From positions 620,001 to 684,000 of the forward strand of contig JASANG010003711.1 of assembly GCA_030248215.1 (NCBI GenBank): a DNA stretch of 64,000 nucleotides. Direction: 5' to 3'. Below, piece after piece: positions 24,556 to 36,900 of the stretch. How positions within the stretch are numbered: the first letter of the stretch is position 1; every line of letters starts with the position of its first letter. The stretch comes from Enoplolaimus lenunculus. Taxonomy: Eukaryota. Below the pieces are notes generated by a model. The model worked only from the letters and a program-made list of their open reading frames with translations, was not told where the DNA came from and made no database searches. A program made the translations under genes and the position numbers.

Positions 24556-26125
24556 GTAGAACAAATGGGCTTGCACCATGGTGCATCCAGAAGTGAAAAA
24601 TAGTACCTAATAAAGCCACACCCATTTGGGAATTTGCTCTGCAAAAAATGGTGAGTCAAATTGACTCTCTGCGAAATAAAGTCTATTTCGGGGAGAGTAA
24701 ATTTGACTCACCATTTTTGTTAGTGTGAGATGGACAAAATTTGCCGGAACATGAACCAGAGAATCAAAATCAAGTACAAGCATTCAGGTTAAAATAACTG
24801 ATTTCAGTATTAATGCTGTTTAAATTATTGTCAGAAATACGTTTTCGAGCTTTTTCTTAAAACGCTTGCACAATTTAAAAATTGAACATCACCGCATAAT
24901 AAAAATCACAAAAAATTCACATCCCAAAAGGCCGGAAACTTTGGCGGAAAATGTAAAGAAACCGGATTTCGAAGTAAATTTTTGTTGAAACATGAGACAG
25001 ACCTACGGTTGTACCTTCACATGCACAGTTTACGAAAGAAAGCACAGCTGTTCCGTTTTGGAAAAAATATATTTTACTTAATTCCACACGTATACTGAAA
25101 AATCACACTGCAAACCAAACTCATCGAATCGATCACAAATACCATTTATGCACAGATTATATATAATTAACGCAGAGGGACATTTTAAATAAAACAAAGT
25201 TTCCATTGAACGTTGATAAAATTGCTTGAGCCATAATTTAGTACATAGAAGTAGCTTCAGATTTTGTATTTTTCTTCAGAACATTTCACAAAAATGTATT
25301 ATTAGCTCACTTTACTTTTAGAGGCATCTCATATTTCCGAGGAACAGTTGAATATGACAGTCTTAGGCTTAAGACTAATTTTTACGCATAAGCTTAACTT
25401 ACACTTATGCTAAGGTTTAGATTTTAGCGTTAGGTGTAGGAGTAGGCTTCGGCTGACGTTACGCTCCTATTGGACAAAAACTTATTACTGATTTATATAT
25501 TATACTGTCACACAAGATTGCAATGAAGGGCGTGCATGGAATATACACCATATAACGTACCTTATTTCGGATATACTCAGTACCATTTTTAGGTTATTTT
25601 TCAGATTTTTGGATATATCTGTATCCTATAAAGAATATAGAACAACATTGAACGCAATTTAACACAGAAGCGCACGGGCTGCATTTGATATGTTAACGAT
25701 GTTTCATAGTTAGAATACATTTAATTGAACATATGAAAAATAATTTTGGTTTTACAAAAAATAGAATATTCATGAAACGCACCATATTCGTCACAGTCGA
25801 CCGAGTAACAACAAACTGTTGAAAATAATTACGCATTCAAAGAGAACCGCAACGCTACGCACTTGAATTGGTCATAAGTATCGAATTAAGTATACACATC
25901 GAAAATTAAACAAAAACTTTCAGTTCGTGAAACAACACAAACTTCGGCTTTTGTACACTTTCCATCGACTTCAGAATAAAGTTTAGGCTTAGGTAAACGC
26001 TTAAGTTTAGCCTTAAAGTTAGGTTTAGTTCGAGTTTTTATAAACTTAAGCCTAAACCTAATAACGAGTCTACGCCTAAGACTGTGGCGAAGAAGCTGTA
26101 CGAGAACCGAGGGTTCTAAGAACAG

Positions 26126-26312
26126 ATGTAAAGAACAGCGGCGGAATAGTATTTATAAGCATATTCCAAAGCCTAAGCCTAAACATAAGCGTAAGAATGA
26201 GCATATTCGTAAGTCTAAGCCTAAGCCAAATCAAAAAATTAGTCAAAAACTTTAAGCTTACTCTTTTCTACTCCCACAGACAAAACGTTCCGCCCGTGAT
26301 GTTTACATGGGC
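26126..26312. mobile_element. TTAGGC-MITE copy in the opposite orientation
   Basis: ATGTAAAGAACAGCGGCGGAA...GTTCCGCCCGTGATGTTTACAT with internal GCCTAAGCCTAA and GAATGAGCATATTC. Confidence 0.8.
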
Positions 26313-26434
26313 TGTCTGCGCTTACGAGCATCAAGGTAAAAACCGGACAATAAGTGACATCAAGTCGCATTATAGTTGTTTTTGACACTTGCATATGTAC
26401 ACAGCATATAAATGTACAAAAATACAAAAAATAT

Positions 26435-26957
26435 AATATCAAATATTGCACAAAAATTGCAGTATTGCCGTTGGTACCGCATGCAATACGCTAATATCAA
26501 ATATTGCACAAAAATTGCAGTATTGCCGTTGGTACCGCATGCAATACGCTAATATCAAATATTGCACAAAAATTGCAGTATTGGCGTTGGTACCGCATGC
26601 AATACGCTAATATCAAATATTGCACAAAAATTGCAGTATTGCCGTTGGTACCGCATGCAATACGCTAATATCAAATATTGCACAAAAATTGCAGTATTGC
26701 CGTTGGTACCGCATGCAATACGCTAATATCAAATATTGCACAAAAATTGCAGTATTGCCGTTGGTACCGCATGCAATACGCTAATATCAAATATTGCGCA
26801 AAAATTGCAGTATTGCCGTTGGTAGCGCATGCAATACGCTAATGTCAAATATTGCACAAAAATTGCCGTATTGCCGTTGGTACCGCATGCAATACGCTAA
26901 TATCAAATATTGCACAAAAATTGCAGTATTGCCGTTGGTACCGCATGCAATACGCTA
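26435..26957. repeat. Minisatellite, 9 x 58 bp, each unit containing an imperfect palindrome
   Basis: Unit AATATCAAATATTGCACAAAAATTGCAGTATTGCCGTTGGTACCGCATGCAATACGCT repeated head-to-tail, near-identical, with no spacers. Confidence 0.95.
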
Positions 26958-27928
26958 CGTCAGAGACACCGTTAAACCTTCTCAGAAATTTTTCTACCCT
27001 GTGCATTTATAATCTAATAACGGATCCGCCAGATAACAATTTTTACGTTCCTGTGAAATTTTCCCCACATTTAAAGTTAAGATTTTAGGTCAATAGACTT
27101 AGCAAGGTTTAGACTATAAAACTTACACTTAGGTAAACCTTTTCTAAATCTAAAAACTGTAGGCCTGCACCTGCGCCTAAGCCTAAGCCTGTGGGCGTGT
27201 GGTGTAGGGGAGCGTACAAGAGACCTTATGGGGAAGGGTACAAGTGACCTTGCCTAACCGGAAACGAATTTATAGATCCAAAGCCTGTACTGTACATTTC
27301 CTATGATACAGCAGCCTTCTACGTTTTTGAGGCAATTACGGACCAGCATTTAGCTGTAGAATTTCAACACACTTAAAGTATTTTCCAACCAAAAAATCCT
27401 GAATCCGTCACTGTCTGTTAGGTGTCGTAGGACCAGGACGTTTGTTTGATTTTGACACATAAAATTCACTATTAAATTACTGCATTAGCTACAATAATGT
27501 ACAATCAAACAAAATCAAATATCACCAGATTTAGTAAGTCGTACAAAACATTTAAAAGTTTAATATAACACGATAACTGCCTAATACGCTATTATGCGGT
27601 CAAAACGAGCCTAACCAACAGTCTCATGCATTGGTGCCGACCATTTCAGATATTTAATCTTAAGTTGAGCGTTTGCTGCAGAATTAATAACATTTTGCAT
27701 TTCAACATGTTTTATGCTAAAATGCCTTATGGCAGGGTTGCGTAAAGATCGGCCCTTGAAAATATTTGGGACTGATGACAGTTGTAGTTTGTTAAAACAT
27801 GAATTTACTTTTAAATCACGCCACATCATTGAAATTCTCATTCATAATTTTTTTTGCAAATGAGGTTGTTTTATGTCATTTCTTTCCACACCACACAAGA
27901 CAGTGACACAGATTCGATGCTAATATAA

Positions 27929-30900
27929 TTAATAGCAACCGTCATTCCAAACATTTTGATTCGAATTTGGCATCAACGATAACTGAGGATGATGTCGCGA
28001 CGTTGAAGAGCTAAAAAAATTGAACCAAACCACTCAAAGCTTATACTAACACTGTAATACTATCATTCACAAACTGAATTTTCTAGCCAAATAACTAAAA
28101 AATTTAGTGCAGATACAAAACTCATTGAAAAAATCCGCCCTGTAGGCGCAAGCCATATAATGACACGGTGTAAGCCTAGTCTGGGGGCGTGAACTTTATC
28201 CACGCGAGTAAAGCGTGGAATGGTCAAATAAGATCCTTAGCCCGCATTCTCAAATGTGTGTACCTATTACTAGTTGGTGATAGGTTTTGCAACTTTCGAA
28301 CCAGTGAATGGTGATGTTTGAAATTGAGCACATTTATTGCATTCGATTTGCTCTATTTATGTGCAAATTTTGAAATCTGAAATTGCAGCAGTTCGTTAGT
28401 TTGAAAAGCTATTACTAACTGGGATAGGTGCTATATGCATTTCAGAATATAGGCCATAATCCGAATTCATCTTCGTACTGCAAATCTTTACCTGATACAT
28501 TTCGGTTTTACAGGCACTGCTGGTTTCGAACGCTGGCTGTTGACCGCACTGGGACAAGGAATCCTTGAACCATGAGCGAGACGACGGACAGATTTAAGAA
28601 CTCGGTATCGTTTAATACCCGCTTGTTGTGATGTATTGTGGGTTGTTGGCAAACAACCGGATGTGTTCGAATCGAGAGGATATGAAAGTGTATTCGTATC
28701 GCCAGGACTTATCGGATTGCTCTGGGTGTTGACCTGTAAAGCGGAGTTCATCTTAAACGTTACATTAATGAGTTGCGTTACACGTTTCTTTACCAGTTGG
28801 TCGCCCAAGTCATGGCCTAGCAGGATCAAGAATTGTACCAATCTTGTACACTTTCCACTAACAGGTACAGGCTTGAGCTTACATAAGCATGCGCGATTGT
28901 CTAAGCCGTCGTGTAAGCGTAAGCCTGAGCCTTAACCTTAAATGCAGCGGAAAGTGTACAAGAGAGTATACGAGCTAAAATAGTACAACATATTCAAATA
29001 AACTAAACTTACTCCACCGCTAGATCCTGCAGGACTAACAAATTCTGATAAATTGCCGTACGAACCATTTTCACTCAACGAATCTCCAACACCAGCAACA
29101 GCTGCACTCAGTGAATTGAACAAATCCGTCGACAAACTGGTTGTCAAATTTGGAAGACTTTTACCCACAACAACACCTGTAATTAAATGTTCATAATCAT
29201 AAAATGTGTTTGAAACAAACTGTTTGCCCAAAAATGAATAAGATACTCTTTAATTTAGCCACGTTGACAACGTACAATTGTACGTACTTGTACGCATAGC
29301 ACAACAGGAATTCGTATTCAATTGAACCAGCCAAGCACTGCACAATGACAAGTCTTATAAGGAGAATGCTACAGCGGCAGTATCGTTTGCAAATGAAATT
29401 ACAGTAGAATTGATTTTTCCATAAACAGTTATTTTTCACTCTCCAATTCCGATAAAAATACTATAATTTTCAATTTTTTGGGTCCATCTTAAATATCGTT
29501 CAAAAACCAGCTACGTCGGACTAAACAATACTGGCAAATTGATTATATATAAGCCACTGCAACTGCAGAGCATTAGAGGAGCATTGAGTTATCGCAGCTT
29601 AAAATTCATCGCACATAACACATTTGGCAGATAACTGTCCATTATTGCAATATCTTAATAGTAAATAATATACTCGTCTTAAAACGAAGAAAATGAAAAA
29701 AGAAAGAAAAGTAAATTTCTTAGAAGTTGTGGTTGCTAAGATTATTCTAAAAAATAATATTCATAGACAAATTACTTTACTGATAGTTACTGATACGTCA
29801 ACTGCGCGGGCACTACGCAACTAAAAATACGTCAAAGCTTATGTACGTTTGCCGTAATGCGTTCGTACGAGATTTAAACTAGAGGGTCACAGAAAAATTT
29901 TGGCCAGGAGTACGCAACTATGACAACCTAAACTCAACAACACACCGATTGTCCACCAAACATCGTAGGCACCGGTCAAATATGGAGGACAAACACTGTT
30001 TGCCTACAATCGTCCGTGCGAATTGCCTACGATTTACCGATTGTTTACGACACGGTTGTGGGTCTAAACGTATCGGACGAATTATAAATCCGTTCAAGTT
30101 GAGAAAAACAGGTCAAATAGCGACCGCATTCTTAAATGCATATTGCATCTATTATCCACAGTTAGCGATAGGTTTTCACACATCCTAACACCTGTAATTG
30201 CACATCTTTAATTGGCACTGAAGTAAGACAAATCAAAACGCGAAAAATGTGCTGAATTTCTAACCTCAAAATTTAATGAATCAAAAGTTTACAAGCAAAA
30301 CTGAAGACGAGTGCAACACAAACATTTGAGAATACTGGTTAAGGTCCAAGTATAAAAAAATATAATTCGATAAACTAAAAATGACATACCTCCATGTGTA
30401 ACGTTATTTGAAAAACTAATCTTGGCGTGAGCATACGGTAATGATGATGGCGGCGTTCCACACGGAGGTGTGTTGTTTGCTTGTGCTGTCGAATCAGTTA
30501 TTGAACTAGACTGTGGTTGCTGAATAGCTCTCGCTGCTGGAAAACAATGGCTGCGTTCCAGACACGTGACGTAAGTCCGATTTCGACTTAAGTCGCTTTT
30601 TTACTTAAATTTTGCAGTTTTAAACTTAAGTGAGAGGTTTTCACTGAACATTTTTACTTGCCCGATTAGTCGATGTTCCCAAGATTGGTAACTATTTTTG
30701 ATCTTCAACTCCTGACTATGCGGCGAGAAAAATAAGCTCAATCAGGAAATGCGCATTTATTGAAAACCAATCGCCTTTTTTAAACTGAATCCTGTTTTCT
30801 GACTTACGTCAAAAATTTGCTAAGTCAAAGATCGAATTAAGCTATGTCTTATGCAACCGACCACTAGTTTTTAATTTACACGCAGTACATGAACAAATGG

Positions 30901-33900
30901 TGAATCCATGATTTTGCGGTGGTTTAATTCAAAATTCTACTGTTTTAACGCATTGTTAGCAAACACTTTGAAACCTTTTGATATTAAGGAATTGCGCTAC
31001 GGCTCAATTTTTTAAGCCATGTAATATCCCCAATCATATTTTTCAGCTGTTTGGTGAGAAAACACATGATTGCAAATTTTTAAACACATGATTGCAAATT
31101 TTTAAACACATGATTGCAAATTTTTAAACACTTTTTGTGCGTTCAATATTGAAACTCTCAACTGTTGCAAGGTAATCCTTCTGGAAAAAAACTAAAAAAA
31201 CAACAAAGTTTTGTCGGAAATTTCGCATTCAAAGTACGCAACGAACAACAAACCTATTGAATTTTTGGAAGCCACAGATACAATACGCCGACAAGGCAAT
31301 GGTGCCGATGTACGTCGCCAGCCATACTGGATCAAACCTCGGCTTCTTTTGCCAGACGAATCGCTTAGATTCAGTGCAGTGCCTGGCGAAATGGTTAATT
31401 TTTGACTTGAGCCACCTGTTGGACTAGTCGGAACACAGTAGGTATCAGGAGTGCCGCATACTGAAGCTTTCAGTGTTGGATTCGTTACAGAGTCTGAAAT
31501 TCAAATACTTAAACACGATGAAATAGTGATGAATGGTAATGGATAGCAGTGTTTGTAAAATCAAGAGTGCTTAATGACAAAGGTGTGCAAATCTTGGGGT
31601 TCCGCATGGTACAAAATGTACCACCGGGCGTTGCGTTTTTGGCCGACCCCCTTTGTTTAGATGGAGGTCGCTATCACATGAATACCCCTAAACTAAATTA
31701 TACGGGGAGCATCTTTAATGCCGGCTACACAAAGTGCCATGATTCGCACCGACTATACCACCCTTTCTCTAAAAAGGGGTAGGGCAAAAACGCAACGCGT
31801 GCCAAGTACATTCCTTTCTACACAGAATGTGCCCAGTTGCACACTCTTGTGAAATAGCGATTATTCACTTTTGGTAAAATGAATGTGACTAGATTCCATT
31901 ATGTCCCAGCTTTGGCAGTAGCAACAATGCATTTCTTTCACAAAATGTGTAGTACATTTAGCAAGACTTTAATGACCGTTTTCAAATTCGTTTTTCAATC
32001 AATTTTTTGGTATGGTTTCAATCTTTGTATTAACTTTAGTTTAAAATAAAAAATAGATAGTTCAAGTTGATAAAAATGAAAAATACTAACCTGATGAACC
32101 AATACTCTGTATTCCTTCAGTCGATCGACGCTTTTTTACTAAAAATAAATGACTATATCGGTCAAATAGTTTTCTTTTGTTAAATTATTTTTTCAAAGCA
32201 TGCTACAATACTAAATATTCCACAAAGTTCTGGTTATATACAGTCACGGACAGAATTAAGTGCAACCGCGATCGCGACCTAAATGCGGTTCGACTCGCGA
32301 TGGCTTGCAGACGTGATCGCTCACAACCGCAATTTACGTCGACGCAAAAAGCGCGGTTACGATCACGGCCGTGAACGCAGTTTCGCGGTTACAGACACGG
32401 TGAAAATTGTGGTTACAGACGCGATTAAAATTTCGGTTGCAAATGCGACTAAAATTACGGTTACAAACGCGGCTAAAATTGCGGTTACGCGTATGTATTA
32501 ATAGTAGTATAAGCATATTGCTAAGCGTAAACACTGAGCTTAAGCCGATGCTTGCGAGGAAATTGTACAAGAGCCCAGAGTCCTTTATATGTTACTTAAA
32601 AGTGATCCAAAGTTACAAAGTTTATATGAACATTTTTATACGTTTGTTCCCATGGTAACAGGGTCTTGCCCCGTTGCGTCCACACTCTTATAACGGGATT
32701 TACTTCTTTTGCTGGTAAGCACTTTCCAATAGACCTCGAAAATACAAGAACACCCTCTGTAAACGAAACCACTTCAAAATTTGACCGAGGTTACAACCGC
32801 TACTGCGACCACAGTAACAACCGCGATTGCGACCACAGTAACAACCGCGACTGCGACCACAGTAACAACTGCAACTGCGATCACAGTAACAACCGCGACT
32901 GCGACCACAGTAACAACTGCAACTGCGACCACAGTAACAACCGCGACTGCGACCACAGTAACAACCGCGACTGCGACCGCGGTAAAAACCGTGACTACGG
33001 CCGCGGTTAAAATTGCGACTGCGACCGCAATTACAATCGCGACTACGATCGCGTCTCAAACCGCGTTTGAACCGCGATCACTCAATAAATCTCACGCGGT
33101 TACAAAACCGAAACCGCGACCGCATTGGACGCAGTCGCTCTTTCTGCGCCCTTAATTCTATCCGTGACTGTACATGATTTATATTCAAGTTAGTTTACGC
33201 AGTATATATTATATGTACAATGTTAACGCAACCATTAACAAAACAGTTGAATTTGAGCTTCATACCCATAAAACTGTGATACTGATCACGATTAGGAACC
33301 CGTTTCACACCCCGAAAATTTCTTCAAGTTAGTTTACGCAGTATATATTATATGTACAATGTTAACGCAACCATTAACAAAACAGTAGAATTTGAGCTTC
33401 ATACCCATAAAATTGTGATACTGATCACGATTAGGAACCCGTTTGACACCCCGAAAATGCCTTATAGTTTGAAACATTCATTCAAATTTAAAATTCAAAC
33501 GACAAAAACGTACTTAACGTTTGTAAGTTTAAGCTTTGCAAACACTGTCGTAAATCTTTTTCTTGCTCGCTGGCTCTCGCTTGGATGTCTTGAAACCGTT
33601 CGTGCAGTTCTGGATGCACCGTTTCATAAACACCGCCGAACGAACAACTTGGGCTGGGAAGTAACGGCGGACTGTGAGCGTCATCCGGTGCCGGTCCAAT
33701 TTGCCGGTTGGGCCCATGCGTAACTATTGTTATCGATTGACTTGTCGGATCTTGACCACAAAGTGCTGAAAACAATCACTGAGTTCGTTCATCTCAGGCG
33801 AGAAAAATGAAACAATTTCACGTTCATTATTAGTTTGAAATATCGATAAGCTAAAGCTCAAGCTTTCATGTCAAAATATATATTTTCATGTCAAAATATA

Positions 33901-36900
33901 GCTAAAAGACACTTTGTAGATTGTGAATACTCAATCACAGGCATAAAATGGATGAAAAACACGTTGAAGATTCTGAAATGTCACCGTCACCGTACGTTAT
34001 ATTCAAAAGTTAAAGTATTGGCATTGGTACTGAGCAATTCATGTAGGCACCCTCACTGTTCTAAACAGGCCCGCTCCTCAGGACTATGGTTTTCTCCAAA
34101 GCGGAGTTGGTATAACCTAATTCCAAAACTGCCTAAATTTTCTCAAGTAGTACTAAGTAAAGTACCCCCTTCATTAAGGTACCGAGTACAGTCTCCCCCT
34201 TGGTTAAAGTGGAAAACTTGACTTGATCCGGAAGATCGGCATGCTAGAGAGGTGACAAAATCATGTTTTCAGGTCTTACAAGTTGATCTCAAATATTTCT
34301 AGAAGTCACCAAGGTTTTTATGAGGTCTGAGCAATCCCTGGCCCTCTCTGAAACGGGACTGTGCTAGTTAGTCAGTTTATTCAAAAACCAAAGATTGCGT
34401 GTTTTGGGATTGTGGTATAAGGGAGTTGTAGCACAGCTTATTGTCCTTGCTACAACTAACGTGCGCTACTAACCTTTGCTCCAAGCCTGCTGCAGTGCAT
34501 TCGGACATCGGTGTCGTGCTGTGCACGTGACTCAAGAACTCGCACAGCGCACTCGTTCCACACTCGTGCGCACACTTGTTCTTTATTCACGTGTACAGCA
34601 CGGCACTGATTGTCTCGCGCACGCACTCGTTTCATTGCGCTCGGCTCGTGCCGCAAACCTGACGCAGCGCAGCAGCGCGATTTCATATCTTAGAACAACG
34701 CAAACCAGTGCTACAACTATTTACTTGTTTCATGGAGATCCGGTTGCTTCGATGTACAAGCTGGTTGCTGCCGAGAAGATGCACGCTTTCCGCCCGTCAG
34801 CTGAGTTTCTATAAGTAAAAATATATAACTATTATTGACGTTGCAGTAATTGCAAATAGTTACTGCTCTTAGCAGCGTATTGCACACTCGAAAAAGTGCA
34901 GTGGTGCAATTAATATCATTCTTAAAAATCGTTTTTCTAGTATAGTCAATATCGACATTGGCTCAAAACTAGCGTCATGGAGTCTTGGCGCCAGTGAAGC
35001 ATTAAAATTATTACCCATAAAGTGTTTAACGGGTGCCAATTGAAACTTCTCACTTTTGATCCCTTGCTCACACACGCAGTACAAATCTAGGCTCTGTTGT
35101 AATGTTTAGGTTCTGTTGTAATTTTTAGGCTCTGTTGTAATTTTTAGGCTCTGTTGTAATGTTTAGGTTCTGTTGTAATTTTTAGGCTCTGTTGTAATGT
35201 TTAGGTTCTGTTGTAATTTTTAGGCTCTGTTGTAATGTTTAGGTTCTGTTGTAATTTTTAGGCTCTGTTGTAATGTTTAGGTTCTGTTGTAATTTTTAGG
35301 CTCTGTTGTAATTTTTAGGCTCTGTTGTAATGTTTAGGTTCTGTTGTAATTTTTAGGCTCTGTTGTAATTTTTAGGCTCTGTTGTAATGTTTAGGTTCTG
35401 TTGTAATTTTTAGGCTCTGTTGTAATTTTTAGGCTCTGTTGTAATGTTTAGGTTCTGTTGTAATTTTTATAAAAACACAAGCCGCTGCTATGCACTAGTA
35501 TATGCTAATAGGGCGCCATTATACGTTTTTACTATTCTAATGCTTTCCACGCCACCGGTAGTGTTCGGAGCAAAAATATTGCACCTTCTTGTTGAGTTGA
35601 AAGTCGTAACAAAAACGAATACAGCAACATAAATTTGACCAGAAGCAACCGAATCCATTCTATCGAAATAAAAACAAAAATACTAAAACTACATTTACTA
35701 AGCATTGCAAGATCCCGTTTGATAAGTACTCGATGAACGAGTTCCAAAAGATTTATCTGTGATTGAATTCAAGGGCTGTGTAAATGTTCCTGCTCTCGTT
35801 AGGGATGTCCAGCATCCAATAATGCACATACAAGCAATCAATAGGCTTAAAATGTGAACTAACTTTTGTAGCCAATGTAAATATGGTATAAAACTCAAAT
35901 TAGAAAGGTTGTTTAGGATTCCACTTGAAAACCTAAGCTTTTTTGTTGTACGATTAGGAGCAGTAAAGAAAAACTTGGCTATGAAATTGTGCCTCATTCA
36001 CTACTGCTTGAACTGTTGGTTCTTTCAGATGAAAGCACTTTTAGCAGTGTTTAGAATAAACCTTTAATTCCAATTGCCGTATTCTCAAATGTGTGTAGCA
36101 CGATCACCTATCACCAGTAGGCGATAGGTTTTGTAGCTTTCGAACCAACGAACAAAGATGTTCAAAATTCAACACAGTTTTCGGAGTTAGTTTAGCTGGT
36201 TCAGTTTGACCACTTATTGTTAACTGGTGACAGATGCTACACGCGTTTAAGAATATGTGCCGCTTATGATGGGCACATCAAGTGATCCAACAATGCGGGA
36301 GCCACCTACCAGTGATACAATATATGAGTTGAAGGTGCATCGCGAGCGAGAACTTGAGCCTAGTTTTAATAATCCTTATACAAAGTTTTTGGTTGTGAAA
36401 TCTGGGGCCGCCCCTTTCTTGCTGCCCTCTGCTCGAAAACTATATATCACTACGAACACAAACCGCAAGCATTAGGCGTTTACACGTGCACAAAATACCT
36501 AACACTTCAAGCCCGTTTGACTGCTCCAATGAAACTCTTTGAGGTTTCGCCGGTTCGTTACAATTTTCAACATTTTCCACTCCGTTAGTGTTCAAACAGC
36601 TACTGATTGTCATTATATGACCATGAGGCGGATATCGTTGCCAAATTTCTTCCGGAACCGCATTCACTTCACACTGGTTTAAAGCGGGTTTTCTAGGACG
36701 GTCGTGTTTATGGCGAAAAAGCCTGCAATTTTGGTTGGTAACGGGAGTTTGCAGTGGGCTATTCAGTTGTTGATTTTCGGTAGTCCGCTGATTGTGGTTC
36801 AAAATGTAATTCTCGGATTTAGCATTCGGTTTCGACGTTTCACAAGTTACAATATTAGGATTTGCTGAGTGAGGCCTAAGGCAGCTTATATCAGTACCAT

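Noticed and set aside
26435..26957. CRISPR-like array (regular palindromic repeats)
   Set aside because: Units are contiguous and near-identical with no unique spacers, there are no cas genes, and the context is eukaryotic.
32666..33155. ORFs with CDHSNNRD, TTVTTATA (mucin/antifreeze-like) or CGRSRGCY repeats
   Set aside because: Open in several frames and on both strands because of a 24-bp minisatellite inside a TA-flanked TIR element; no gene structure.
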